Assembly (NCBI GenBank): GCA_035250975.1
Contig: DATFEP010000010.1
Span: forward strand, 1-43,602
Direction: 5' to 3'
Length of the DNA stretch: 43,602 nt
Source: Nitrososphaeraceae archaeon
Lineage (GTDB): Archaea; Thermoproteota; Nitrososphaeria; Nitrososphaerales; Nitrososphaeraceae
Shown here: in pieces, positions 10,883 through 21,308 of the stretch
Layout: each line of letters starts with the position of its first letter
Numbering within the stretch: position 1 is the stretch's first letter
The notes under the pieces: generated by a model
The model's database searches: none
Seen by the model: only the letters and a program-made list of their open reading frames with translations
Told to the model about the DNA's origin: nothing
Translations under genes and position numbers: made by a program

Positions 10883-11098
10883 ATGACTCATCATATTGCA
10901 AAAATAACCGAACTTGTTGGTAGTTCAGATAAGGGATGGCAAGAGGCAGCCAAAGTTGCCCTAGATGAGGCAACAAAGACCATACGTGGAATTACAGGAC
11001 TTGAAGTTATAAGTAAGACTGCTACTGTAGATCCTAATACAGGTAATATTACTCAATATAAAACTACAATAAAAGTAGCATTTGGTCTAGAACGTTAA
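10883..11098 (+). CDS. Dodecin (flavin-binding)
   Basis: KITELVGSSDKGWQEAAKVALDEATKTIRGI...YKTTIKVAF, 71 aa. Confidence 0.92.
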   Translation: MTHHIAKITELVGSSDKGWQEAAKVALDEATKTIRGITGLEVISKTATVDPNTGNITQYKTTIKVAFGLER

Positions 11099-11248
11099 GA
11101 ACTGGTAATTTACCTAAAATTTTTTTACAAAAGAATCTCCTCATCTTATTTTTATTGTATATGTATAGGGAATTGAATAACAAAACTTTTGATTAAAATC
11201 AAATCCTTTTGTAAATAATGAATGAATAAGGTAATCACAAAAATTATC

Positions 11249-11347
11249 AAACTACAAAATTGTGTCAAAATCAGTTGACTAACCTCCGAGCCCGTTAACC
11301 AATTGGGTTATTATATTTTAAATGCGAATAGAATAAAAGAAAGAATT
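11249..11347 (+). repeat. Dispersed repeat A, copy 1 (long form)
   Basis: AAACTACAAAATTGTGTCAAAATCAGTTGACTAACCTCCGAGCCCGTTAACCAATTGGGTT; similarity to copy 2 runs about 100 bp. Confidence 0.85.
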
Positions 11348-11523
11348 GTAAACAAGTTAGTAATATAATCTGCAATTGATGGAATTTTATTTTTTCATAT
11401 GTTTTTACACGTCCTCTGTCAATCTATAAGACAGTCCACCAAATACAATATACAAGTTCAAAATTATGCTAGGTCATAGATAGAATTATATTGAATGACT
11501 ATTAGAATTCTCAAGATTAGATA

Positions 11524-12501
11524 ATGTTAAAGATTTTAGGCCTTTTATTTGGTATCATTACTATCAGTATTATTTTATTTTCTGCAAACTCACTTTCTAT
11601 CTCTATTTATGCTCAAGATGCTCAATACTATTATAACACAAACGAAAATAATTCTTCAATTTTAAATGAACTCAAAAATATAAAAACAATACTTGAAACT
11701 AAAGTAACAAAACTAGCTACAGCTCTACAAATTGCTAGCAGTCTACCACAAATTTTACAACCTCCTAATATAAATTTGATAGATTCGAAAATTAATGGCA
11801 TACCAGAAGATACAGATATTGAAAAGAGAAAAATAGCTAAAATACTTTTGGATCAATTTAATGAATTTTCATCAATTGTATTTTTATTAAATAACGGAGA
11901 CGTGTATTTTGATGAACCATTTGAACGTCAATTAAATCTAACTACAAACAATCTTTCATTTAGAGATTATTATCAAGTAGTTGAACAGACTAAAAAAACT
12001 TATTTGAGCGATGCAATTATTTCTAAAGCAACGGGAAGAAATCTGGCAGTAATTGCTACTCCAGTAATCAAAGAAAATGATATGATAGGAATACTGTATG
12101 GAACTATTAATTTTAACAATTATGACCAATTTCTTCAGTCGCTTAATTTACAAAATAATACCAGGTTGGTAATAATTGACAAAAATGGAGCAAAAATTGG
12201 AGACTCTAATGAAAATGAGACTTCAATCTCAAAAGAATCTTTTGAGACAAAAGAACAGTTTTCAAATCTTACATCGGTTAAGTTCGGATTGGAGGGTAAA
12301 TCAGGAAGTATTTTAGAAAAATTCAATGGAAAAGAAAGTCAAATCACTTTTCTTCCTTATGATATTTTCCAGAATAAACGAATTTTACTACTTATTGAAA
12401 GTTGTAACAGCGATGGAAATGAATTAAATAAATGCATAGATAATAAAGAGCTTAGCTTATTTAATGAGAATATTTTAACTAGACTAGGGAGTTTTTTTTA
12501 A
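11524..12501 (+). CDS. Extracytoplasmic Cache (dCache-like) domain protein with no cytoplasmic output domain
   Basis: Signal/TM, then NLSFRDYYQ, YLSDAIISKATG, VIATPV and IIDKNG Cache motifs; no second TM or kinase domain. Confidence 0.8.
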   Translation: MLKILGLLFGIITISIILFSANSLSISIYAQDAQYYYNTNENNSSILNELKNIKTILETKVTKLATALQIASSLPQILQPPNINLIDSKINGIPEDTDIEKRKIAKILLDQFNEFSSIVFLLNNGDVYFDEPFERQLNLTTNNLSFRDYYQVVEQTKKTYLSDAIISKATGRNLAVIATPVIKENDMIGILYGTINFNNYDQFLQSLNLQNNTRLVIIDKNGAKIGDSNENETSISKESFETKEQFSNLTSVKFGLEGKSGSILEKFNGKESQITFLPYDIFQNKRILLLIESCNSDGNELNKCIDNKELSLFNENILTRLGSFF

Positions 12502-12923
12502 AATAACTTATCATCCCTACACAATAGAACAAATCATCTATAAAAATACTATCTTTCTTTTTTCAAATTTATGAATATATAATTAATTGTCCAAGTCAGT
12601 TAATTTAGCAAAACATCTATGGTGGTGAATACTCTATGCTTATTTTTATGTTATCGTAATAATATTCTATTTAACGGCTAGATAGCAAAAGAACAATATG
12701 GATGAATAGTTTTCTTAAAATAACAATAAGATTTATTTTTACTTTTTCATATCTACGGTATAGAATATAAAAAATAATTTTTAATTATCTAAAGGTTTAC
12801 CAATATAAAAATTTAAATTTGTAAAAGACGGATCCCAATTACATATCATACTCGAAGCTCTCAGATCCTGATTAAACAATAATTTTAGTCAAAAATTTTA
12901 ACATTCGAAATATTGCTAATACC

Positions 12924-13484
12924 TTACTTATTACTTTTTATGATTCTTTCGTAAAATTTGTCAATGAACTGTGTTATATTTTGATTTGTATTCTGTTCAT
13001 TTTTACGAATGTAATAATAAAGTTCTTCAGTTGCTGAATGGTGGTCTATTCCTATATTTTGTGCTATTTGTAATGAAATTGATGATAAAAGTAATTTACG
13101 TAATATCATATCACTACCATAATTTACCAAATCAGTTGATAGTTCTTCCAAAAAGTTTTTTAGATTTAAATCTATATACCGATCTTTAGCTTGTCTGGTT
13201 TTTATTGAAAATGTTACACCAATCATTCTTTGTTTCATATGAATAGTTTCGATCATTTCAATAAATTGATCATTCAGATTTGGTTCATTGGTTAGAATCT
13301 CTGATAGTAATTCTGAAGCATCTTGTTCACTTATCTGCATTTTATCAACTAAGGTAAATAACACATGACATGCTACACATCCATTTTCTTTGATTTTGGA
13401 CGCGTTAGAATCTATTTGACATATCTCTTGAGAAATTATTGATTTTGCTATTTCTTCTTTTGACATAACTGTTCTATAAAACAA
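12924..13484 (-). CDS. Hypothetical helical protein with a CxxCH motif
   Basis: 186-aa ORF containing ICQ...GCVACH; no signal peptide. Confidence 0.75.
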   Translation of the reverse strand: MFYRTVMSKEEIAKSIISQEICQIDSNASKIKENGCVACHVLFTLVDKMQISEQDASELLSEILTNEPNLNDQFIEMIETIHMKQRMIGVTFSIKTRQAKDRYIDLNLKNFLEELSTDLVNYGSDMILRKLLLSSISLQIAQNIGIDHHSATEELYYYIRKNEQNTNQNITQFIDKFYERIIKSNK

Positions 13485-13696
13485 ATGGTAAATAATGTAA
13501 TTGTTTATTAATTCTGTGTGAATTTTGATATATTTGTTGATGTAGCTGTAATTGAAGCTACTATTCGTGCAGGAATAGGATTAATTAATTTCAATATACT
13601 TTTCTATTAAAAGTGACAAGAATATAATTGAAGCAAATATGGTCCAGTACATATTTAGAGATCTAATAAATTTAGAAATTAAAATAGCAGATTTCC

Positions 13697-14332
13697 TCAT
13701 AAGATAAAGAAAAGAAGAAAGAGCCGGGAAATGATCTTTTTTCTCACTTTGGATTGGTTTGCGTAATTATTTAATTTATTTATTTTCTCTTCAATGTATA
13801 TCTCGAATAAATCTAAAAATGAACCTTTTTGAATTTCATTTTTAATAAAATTAGAGACAGCATCATCATACTTTCTTATACTCACTTTACTAGCATATTT
13901 AGAATCTGAAGAAATGTGGCTTAAATGTAGGTGATAATCTTTTAAAGGAAAATCAGGATCTATTTCTCCTTTATTATCTAATACTTCTACAAATTTATTG
14001 TTTGTTTCTGGAATAACATAATATTCTTGGCAATCATTAAGATTGAATGATCCAACTGCTCCTATAATGTCATTATTAGTATGTCTATTATCCATAGTGA
14101 AAGGATCGGTAAAATTTATTTCTCCTTGATAATTCACGTAAATTCCAGAGAACCAACCTTTTTCAAGTTTCTTATCAATATTCAAGCTTAAACCTCTTTT
14201 TACTAGCTTACTAACAAATACAGAATATTCTGTAATACTCCATTTAACAGAATCTTTAATTGCTTTTTCATTTACTGATTTGTTATTTCTTCTGATGCTA
14301 TTACCTCCATCAAATTCAACCTTTTTGTTCAA
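13697..14332 (-). CDS. Hypothetical protein
   Basis: 211-aa ORF; no recognised motif. Confidence 0.55.
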   Translation of the reverse strand: MNKKVEFDGGNSIRRNNKSVNEKAIKDSVKWSITEYSVFVSKLVKRGLSLNIDKKLEKGWFSGIYVNYQGEINFTDPFTMDNRHTNNDIIGAVGSFNLNDCQEYYVIPETNNKFVEVLDNKGEIDPDFPLKDYHLHLSHISSDSKYASKVSIRKYDDAVSNFIKNEIQKGSFLDLFEIYIEEKINKLNNYANQSKVRKKIISRLFLLFFIL

Positions 14333-14423
14333 CCTTGTAATTATTACTAACTCATTTTATATATTTATAATTCATGTTTTATAACTTAAAATAGGTTTCT
14401 ATCTGTCATTTTATTTTTTTAGT

Positions 14424-14518
14424 AAACTACAAAATTGTATCAAAAACAGTTGACTCTCCCCCAAGCCTGTCAACCAATTGGGTTTATATTTTTTGTATAG
14501 AATATAAAAAAGAGAATT
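14424..14518 (+). repeat. Dispersed repeat A, copy 2 (long form)
   Basis: AAACTACAAAATTGTATCAAAAACAGTTGACTCTCCCCCAAGCCTGTCAACCAATTGGGTT; contains a GTTGAC..GTCAAC inverted pair. Confidence 0.85.
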
Positions 14519-15009
14519 TCATAGAAGTACCAACAAAGTTAAAGATGCTGTAGAAAAAGTTCACAGGTTATCAAATAAATAATGTAACTCTTTTGATAGA
14601 ATTCCTAGAATATCTGAAATCCTTTAGAGCCTCTTAGAGATATCAGAATGATCTCTTGAAAATCTTAAAATTTTGAGAATTCATTGATTGCAATTTTGAA
14701 CTAGTCCAAAAGATCCTACAGTTTCCGTAGAATATATCACTCTCTTTGTATGCCTCTCTTACTAACACATATTCAAATTGAAGGTTTATTTATCATCAAA
14801 CAACTACTTAATAGCTAAACTTGATTCATCCTCATTTCGATACACCCACCTTTCTTGAGATCTCTTTTCTGCTCCTATGATAGCCTGTTCTATGATCTCA
14901 TGATGAGGCAAAAGTGAACTTACAGGATCTGTTACTGCCACATTGCCTGTTAGCAAAAATACCTGACACTAATAAATTTTAGTTATATATATGTGAGAAA
15001 TTGCAGCAG

Positions 15010-15180
15010 CCAATAAATTTTTAGTAAAAAGAACAGTATTACTTGGGTTTTGATGTTATAAATAACGGGAATGCTGAATTAGATAAGACTAAGAGGGATA
15101 AAAAATATGGTAAGTTTGTATATCCTGATTCATTTATAAAACTAATTCTCTACACGAGATTATATTTTTACTTTGTACTT
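15010..15180 (+). mobile_element. IS5-family (IS903-like group) transposase N-terminal remnant
   Basis: NKFLVKR..LLGFDVINNGNAELDKTKRDKKYGKFVYPDSFIKLILYTRLYF matches the archaeal IS5 N-terminal pattern as I recall it (YNxSLVRRGE-ILLGFDVINNW..F.YPxSF). It is truncated at repeat B. Confidence 0.7.
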
Positions 15181-15190
15181 AAATTATCAT

Positions 15191-15235
15191 ATTATGTTAC
15201 CGAATCCTGTTATAATGAGAATTCGAAATCTCAAT
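15191..15235 (+). repeat. Dispersed repeat B, copy 2
   Basis: ATTATGTTACCGAATCCTGTTATAATG; see copy 1 at 3476. Confidence 0.8.
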
Positions 15236-15360
15236 TAGAGCAACTAGGAATAACTCTTTTAATGTCTAATGTATTGTGTCTAATAATGAAAAACCTGATT
15301 TATATTATTAATTTGAAATTAAATATAATTATCGATCAGGTCTTATATCAATAAGAAGGG

Positions 15361-15780
15361 TCATTGATGCATATGAAATATCTTCTCAGGTTTTATCTTT
15401 AAAAGCACTCTTTTTTCTCCAGGTGAAGTCCTGGGATATTTCTCTTTCCCAATATACTTTTTTGCCAGTTTGTCTATATGTTCTTCAGCGATATCTCCTC
15501 TAATTTGCTCTATTACCTTTCCCCTGATAGTAACCATATCATATGGATTATTCTGGTCAGCTATTGCTAATGCAACCCTAGGATCGCGTGAAATGTTTTT
15601 TTCTTTTATTCTGCCTATTGCAGTATTAATAAGAATATAGCCATTTTCAATATCTACCCAGGTAGGTGTCACCTGAGGAGAACCATCTCTCATTAACGAA
15701 GACAAAAAAGCAAAATTCTTACGCTCAAAAAGTTCTCGAATATTTTGATTATTTAAATTATCATTTATTTGTTTGTTCAT
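15361..15780 (-). CDS. PPOX-class (F420/FMN-dependent) oxidoreductase
   Basis: LSSLMRDGSPQVTPTW, GRIKEKNISRDPRVAL, IDKLAKKYIG and EKRVLLKIKP. Confidence 0.9.
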   Translation of the reverse strand: MNKQINDNLNNQNIRELFERKNFAFLSSLMRDGSPQVTPTWVDIENGYILINTAIGRIKEKNISRDPRVALAIADQNNPYDMVTIRGKVIEQIRGDIAEEHIDKLAKKYIGKEKYPRTSPGEKRVLLKIKPEKIFHMHQ

Positions 15781-16114
15781 AATTAAATATATGGTATTAT
15801 TTTTAATAAGTATTCTGGGAATTTGTATTAAAATAAGTTAGTTAACAAATTTTAAAACCCTTTCCGTATCGTATTGCCTAACTTTGCAATAATATTCGAT
15901 ATCGCATATACATTCAGAATATTTCAATCTAACAACTATAAATTTTCATATTAAAATTCTTTTTATTTTTTGTAACAAAATAGGGAGTATAGACTTTGGT
16001 TCTGATACTCTCATGTGTAATATTATAAACTTTTTTCCGTCTACTAAATTATTTTCTTATTTATTTGTTTGAAGAGTCTAGATTCATCTAAATTTTATCT
16101 TAAAATATAAACAT

Positions 16115-16130
16115 TTAAATAATTATTTAA
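16115..16130. promoter_or_regulatory. Putative ArsR autoregulatory operator
   Basis: Perfect 16-bp palindrome TTAAATAATTATTTAA 12 bp before the ArsR start. It is all A/T, so it could be chance. Confidence 0.4.
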
Positions 16131-16142
16131 TTAATTAATCAT

Positions 16143-16445
16143 ATGGAATTATCATGGAAGGCAATTTCTGATGATAGCAGACGTCAGATATTACTTTTAC
16201 TAAAGAAAAAAGACATGACCCCAACGGAAATAGCACAGCATTTTAAATTCACATTTCCTGCACTGTCTTCTCATTTAAGAATTCTCAAAAGTTCAGATTT
16301 AATTAGGGAGAGAAAAATTGGTAAAAATAGAATTTATTCACTCAATAGAGAAAAGACATTAGAAATGATGAAATTTTTTGCTGGTATGTGGGAATACAAT
16401 TTGAGTAGTTTGAAGGAATTACTGGAGAATGAACAAAAGAAATGA
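16143..16445 (+). CDS. ArsR/SmtB-family transcriptional regulator
   Basis: KAISDDSRRQILLLL, EIAQHF..TFPALSSHLRILK winged HTH. Confidence 0.92.
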   Translation: MELSWKAISDDSRRQILLLLKKKDMTPTEIAQHFKFTFPALSSHLRILKSSDLIRERKIGKNRIYSLNREKTLEMMKFFAGMWEYNLSSLKELLENEQKK

Positions 16446-16894
16446 ATGATCTAACTATCGAGAGAGAAATAATCATAGATGCATCGATTGCGAAGGTATT
16501 TCGTGCTATTACTAACCCAGATCAATTAACACAGTGGTTTCCTGATGTGGCCATATTGGAACCGAAGGAAGGAGGAGATATAGTGTTTACTTTCTTGAAA
16601 GAAAAATCTATTTCAGATAAAAATTTAGATAAGAATTATCGCGTCGTTGGAAAGGTAATTAAAATTATTCCAAATAGAGAACTTTCTTATACATGGCAGC
16701 ACAAAGATGTTCCAGATTTTCCAGAAACTATAGTTTCCTGGAAATTAGAGCAACTATCCGAAGACAAAACTAAATTAATTTTAACTCATACTGGATTTAC
16801 GGATAAGGATAAGCAAGAATATAACAGTCATAGCGAAGGATGGTCTTGGTTTATTACAAGACTTCAAAACTATGTAACTAAAGGAGATCGGTAA
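16442..16894 (+). CDS. SRPBCC/AHSA1 domain protein
   Basis: IEREIIIDASIAKVFRAITNPDQLTQWF...LSYTW...TKLILTHTGF...GWSWF; ATGA overlap with ArsR, a classic pair. Confidence 0.9.
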   Translation: MNDLTIEREIIIDASIAKVFRAITNPDQLTQWFPDVAILEPKEGGDIVFTFLKEKSISDKNLDKNYRVVGKVIKIIPNRELSYTWQHKDVPDFPETIVSWKLEQLSEDKTKLILTHTGFTDKDKQEYNSHSEGWSWFITRLQNYVTKGDR

Positions 16895-16960
16895 CAACAG
16901 GGGGATTTGATGTACTGAACCAATTACAGAAAGTTTGTGTTTTTGTACTTGTATTATGGA

Positions 16961-17000
16961 TATAAAATATTATGATCGACTATAAAATATTATGATCGAT
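16961..17000 (+). repeat. 20-bp tandem duplication
   Basis: TATAAAATATTATGATCGAC followed by TATAAAATATTATGATCGAT. Confidence 0.85.
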
Positions 17001-17387
17001 ATTTTACACCACGTCATTATAGAGTTTACAGTCACAACAGATGAATTGGAAATCTCTAGGAAATAACTTATTTGCAAACGACAAATATCCTTTTCCTTTT
17101 TTTTGACTCATTAATATATCATTCTAACGATATTTAGTATATCATCATTTTTTTGGTAATTTCGGAATACAAAGAATAAAATAAATTACTCAGGGTCTTC
17201 GTTCCGGAAATAGAAGTTAAGTTGGTCATATAGATGTTAGATAAATGTAATTATCACAAGTAGTTTATTTTTATAACGGAATTTATTTAAGGTTATATTG
17301 ATCTAAATCCTCTGATGTTAACTAAAACTTGAATTTTTAATAACAAAGATAGATACATGGGTAGATAAAGCATATTGTATTACCATC

Positions 17388-17585
17388 ATGAGTGTAGTTA
17401 CCTGCAGGAAGTGCGAAGCAGAGATTGTAGTCTCCCAACCGGACAAAGTCCATACTTTAGCTGATAGAAAGGTGTTAAACTGGAAGGATTATGTAAAGTC
17501 AACGAACAAATGTAGAAGATGTGGTACTGTAAACATCTTTTATTGGAGTAAACCAAAAGAAGAAGAAAATGATGAGGAGTTCTAA
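17388..17585 (+). CDS. Small zinc-ribbon protein
   Basis: CRKC...CRRC pairs, 65 aa, acidic tail. Confidence 0.7.
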   Translation: MSVVTCRKCEAEIVVSQPDKVHTLADRKVLNWKDYVKSTNKCRRCGTVNIFYWSKPKEEENDEEF

Positions 17586-17885
17586 TTAATTATTACAATT
17601 CTATAGCCATTTTTATTCGTAAAAAAATTTTTTCTACTTAACAAGAATATTAGTAAGATAAATCTGAAGTATACCTAATAGGTTAGAAGCCATCTCACAA
17701 AGATAATAGGAATAATTTTCTATTATCTGGTCTATAGTTAATTTTCTTTATCTAAAGAGATAGGTTCCCAAGGAACAGGAAGATTTTTTTTATCATTGTA
17801 TTTCCTTTTCATTTTCCTTAATTATGAGATGTTTTCTTTATAACCACAAAGTAATATTTAAAATAGACGATACACAGAAAAACTT

Positions 17886-18296
17886 ATGAAACTTTTGCTT
17901 TTCCCATTGATTACTATAGTTGTCTTTGCACTAAATATTCTTCCTGAACATACGACGATTTATGCTATTAAACCAATCGCTCAAGTCTCTCCAGAATGTG
18001 GAAAATTGTCAGATCATAGAGTAAATTTCACAGTAAATGGATTCAATAGAGATGGTAACGTTTACTGGGAATTCATTAATTCAACCGGATTTGTTGATCC
18101 ATACGGGTATTTTGCTACAAATAACACTGGTGGTTTTGACGATTATGTAATAGCAGATGATATCTATCCTGATGACTATGTAATAAGTTTTTTTGATGAT
18201 AAAAATAATGATTATATGAAAGATGATAATGGGATCGAAGTAAACGTAACTTATTCCATACCATGTAAATCACCTCTACTCGATAAATTTAATTAA
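17886..18296 (+). CDS. Secreted hypothetical protein (beta-rich, acidic)
   Basis: Signal peptide; two Cys bracket the domain. Confidence 0.75.
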   Translation: MKLLLFPLITIVVFALNILPEHTTIYAIKPIAQVSPECGKLSDHRVNFTVNGFNRDGNVYWEFINSTGFVDPYGYFATNNTGGFDDYVIADDIYPDDYVISFFDDKNNDYMKDDNGIEVNVTYSIPCKSPLLDKFN

Positions 18297-18301
18297 AATG
18301 G

Positions 18302-18330
18302 ATTAGTCACAAATTATTTTTGTGATTAAT
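18302..18330 (+). terminator. Hairpin just downstream of 17886..18296
   Basis: ATTAGTCACAAA-TTATT-TTTGTGATTAAT, a 12-bp stem with one G-T pair. Confidence 0.35.
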
Positions 18331-18517
18331 TGATGGCTATTAATCAAATTTCTCGTTTTTTTCTACTATTCTGAAAAATTTTTTTAAATGACATTATTTT
18401 GGCATTTTGTCAAATCTGATATTTCACTAATACTAAAGTATTATAATATTAAGCGCTTGGTTGACGCTTATGAGATGTGATAATGACTGTTATTTAGATT
18501 AATTTCGATTTTTTGTG

Positions 18518-18556
18518 AACCAGAAAATTTTCTCAAAATCAGTTGACTATCCTCCC
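18518..18556 (+). repeat. Dispersed repeat A, copy 3 (core)
   Basis: AACCAGAAAATTTTCTCAAAATCAGTTGACTATCCTCCC. Confidence 0.75.
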
Positions 18557-18850
18557 AATTATATAAGCAGTATATCAGTTTAAAAATAAAAGGTATAATG
18601 TTAAAATTCCACTCATGGCTCTCAACTCGAGTCATTCTATTCAATATTAATTTGTATTGATCATTTTTATAGACGATATAAAATTCTAAATATTAATACG
18701 ATTTTGCTTTGACTTTAATGACAGCTATTACTTTCACAATCATCTTGCTGTATGTTATACAAGGCGTTAGACAATTGTCTATATAATATAAATGAAAAAT
18801 ACATAGTCAATAGTATTAATGTTAATATCCCTCAAAGCAATATTTAGTGT

Positions 18851-19405
18851 ATGTCTTCAGCTAAAAAAGATGATGTAAAAGAAAATATAAACCAATTTAA
18901 GGAAACCACAGAAAGATACCTTGAACACCAGAGACAACAATATAAGGATACAGCCTCCAATCTAGCTCAAACCACAGAAAAGATTAATGAAAGCGTAAAT
19001 AAATTTCAAGATGATAACAGAAGAATCTTTGAAAAGAATACAGATACTTTCAGGAATTATCAAGAACAAATCAGCAAAACTACACAAGAAGCATCTTACA
19101 AGATTATAGAATTACAAAAAAACATCTTTAATACATATCAATCATCATATTCTCAATTCTTGAACAATATAAACAAGTCATACTGGCAAAATTTCAAGAT
19201 TCCAGAAAGATACTCTGAAACATATAACACGTTAAGTAAAAACATACAAGACAGTACAGTAAATACAACAAATTTTATAAATGAAATTTTTGTATGCAGT
19301 GTTGAGAATGTAAAGAAATCATTAGAGCTCACACAAAGATATTACGATGATACAATGCGAATTACTTCCAATTACATAAGAAAGATAGAAAGTCCGTATA
19401 ATTGA
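18851..19405 (+). CDS. Amphipathic helical Q/N/K-rich protein, possibly phasin-like
   Basis: 184 aa, almost no Gly/Pro/Cys, heptad-like pattern; the phasin call is inference. Confidence 0.65.
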   Translation: MSSAKKDDVKENINQFKETTERYLEHQRQQYKDTASNLAQTTEKINESVNKFQDDNRRIFEKNTDTFRNYQEQISKTTQEASYKIIELQKNIFNTYQSSYSQFLNNINKSYWQNFKIPERYSETYNTLSKNIQDSTVNTTNFINEIFVCSVENVKKSLELTQRYYDDTMRITSNYIRKIESPYN

Positions 19406-19553
19406 TAAATAAAAAATAAATAATTTTTTTCTTTTTTCTTTTTATGCTTAATCAAATTTTCATAACTTGAAAATGATCTGATAAAACCTAATTCCGCATT
19501 AGTGTTTATTATTAGATTAAAAATATGCTCATCATCAATAATGGGTTTAATTT

Positions 19554-20269
19554 GGTTCTATTAACTAATGATAAATTCATCTTGCTCTTGCATCTCAACT
19601 ATAAAATAAGTTTCAAATATTGTGTCATTATACAAAGAGACAAAGAATTGTATCCAGTTATATACGTGTAATAGGTTACAATCCTCTTGCATACACGATA
19701 ATAGTAATCAAAAGACTCGATTCTATCCTTAAAATATTGGTGCACCCTCAATCAAAATTTTTCTGAAACGGATAGTGCAGATACTGTTTTAAGGCAATTA
19801 TGTTACATTTTTCATACTACCATGTACCTACGTCTATAAACACAACATGTTTTCCGTATTTATAAACCAAGGATCGAATGAATTTTTCTTCAACTATAAT
19901 GTTTCTCTCCTCTGAGAGATAGATTCCAAGCACAGAACTATCATTTGTTCCAATACAGACCCATAGCCAGAAATGTTGCTTACGAATTTGAATAATGGTT
20001 TCATCTATTATGAAATGCTATTATTCTTTTATTTTTATAGATCTTGCAGGAACCAAATCTTTGAACCCAATTTCATACAAAAACATAATGCCTTTTCTTA
20101 CCTTTAAAAAACATTAATACTTTAGACACATTTCTTAAACTGAGACCAAGAAAAAGTAGATATAAAGAATATATTACAATAAAGGTAGATACTCTATTTC
20201 TTTCAAATTTTATTTCATGTAATATATATGATTGATATTTATAGCTTTTACTGCTTAACTTAACACACC
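19554..20269 (-). mobile_element. IS6-family element, degenerate, with both imperfect terminal inverted repeats
   Basis: Minus frames read DETIIQIRKQHFWLWVCI, VLGIYLSEERNIIVEEKFIRSLVYKYGKHVVFIDVGTW* and QYFKDRIESFDYYY..CNLLHVYNWIQFF. The ends are GGTTCTATTAACTAA and (reverse complement) GGTGTGTTAAGTTAA. Confidence 0.85.
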
Positions 20270-20471
20270 CTCTTATATTTAAGATATTAGTAATTGATGA
20301 TCATGTAAAAATCCAGATGATTTAATATGCTTCATGGTAAAAAACTAATATGGAATTTATAAAATCTTCACTTTTTATTCCAAAATTTAAAAAAAATTTA
20401 TTCACGGTTAATTATTTCAATAGATCTTATATTTATTTAGATAAGATCAAATATCAAATAGGATTAAAACC

Positions 20472-21308
20472 TCAGATATTATCCAACAAACTTTTGTCAA
20501 TTTTTTTAGTTGGAAAATTCGGATCGAGTTTTAGCAAATTTTCCCTGATAACTTTAGCTACAACCCAATTTCGAAACCATTTTTTATTAGCTGGAACTAC
20601 ATACCAAGGTGTCCACTCAGTACTGCATAATTTCAATGCATCTTCATAAGCTTCAATATAGAGATCCCATTTTTTTGTTCTCTCATAATCATCTGCAGAA
20701 ACCTTCCAATTTTCTGAAGGATCTAAAAGTCGATCACGTAATCTATCTCTTTGCTCTTTCTTGCTTATATATAAAAAAAATTTTACTATCTTTATATTAT
20801 TTTCTGATAGATGTCTTTCAAAATCATTAATTTGTCTATATCTTCGCGACCAAATTGTTTTTGATACTATATTATTTACACGTACTTCTATAACATCTTC
20901 ATAGTGAGATCGATTAAATATTCCAATATAACCTTTTGAAGGTATTACCTTATGGATACGCCAAAGAAAATCATGAGATAATTCCTCTGATGTTGGAACT
21001 TTAAATGATTCTACTTTGCATCCTGCAGGGTTAAAAACTCGAATTACATTACGTATTACTCCATCCTTTCCTGATGCATCTGTTCCCTGAAGAATAATTA
21101 ATAATGACTTTGCCCTCTCAGCATATAGTTTGTACTGAAGCTCAGCCAATTCTGGGAGGATCTCATCTAATTCTTTTTCTATTTCCTCTTTTTCCTTACC
21201 GAATGTATCATCTGGATTCCATTTGGATAAGCTTATTTCATCATCTCTTTTTCCTTCTTTTAATGGGGGAACACATAATTTTTCAATTTGATCCATTTTT
21301 ATATACAA
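20472..21308 (-). CDS. ppk2: Polyphosphate kinase 2 family (polyP:nucleotide phosphotransferase, class III-like)
   Basis: LQGTDASGKDG (Walker A), SFKVPTSEELSHDFLWR, IFNRSHYEDV and PWYVVPANKKWFRN. Confidence 0.93.
   Translation of the reverse strand: MYIKMDQIEKLCVPPLKEGKRDDEISLSKWNPDDTFGKEKEEIEKELDEILPELAELQYKLYAERAKSLLIILQGTDASGKDGVIRNVIRVFNPAGCKVESFKVPTSEELSHDFLWRIHKVIPSKGYIGIFNRSHYEDVIEVRVNNIVSKTIWSRRYRQINDFERHLSENNIKIVKFFLYISKKEQRDRLRDRLLDPSENWKVSADDYERTKKWDLYIEAYEDALKLCSTEWTPWYVVPANKKWFRNWVVAKVIRENLLKLDPNFPTKKIDKSLLDNI

Noticed and set aside
14540-14980. Possible further IS6-like or other gene remnant on the minus strand
   Set aside because: It looks coding-like, but I could not recover a diagnostic motif.
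15043-15354. 103-aa ORF as an intact gene
   Set aside because: It is a chimera of an IS5 N-terminal fragment reading through repeat B into non-coding DNA.
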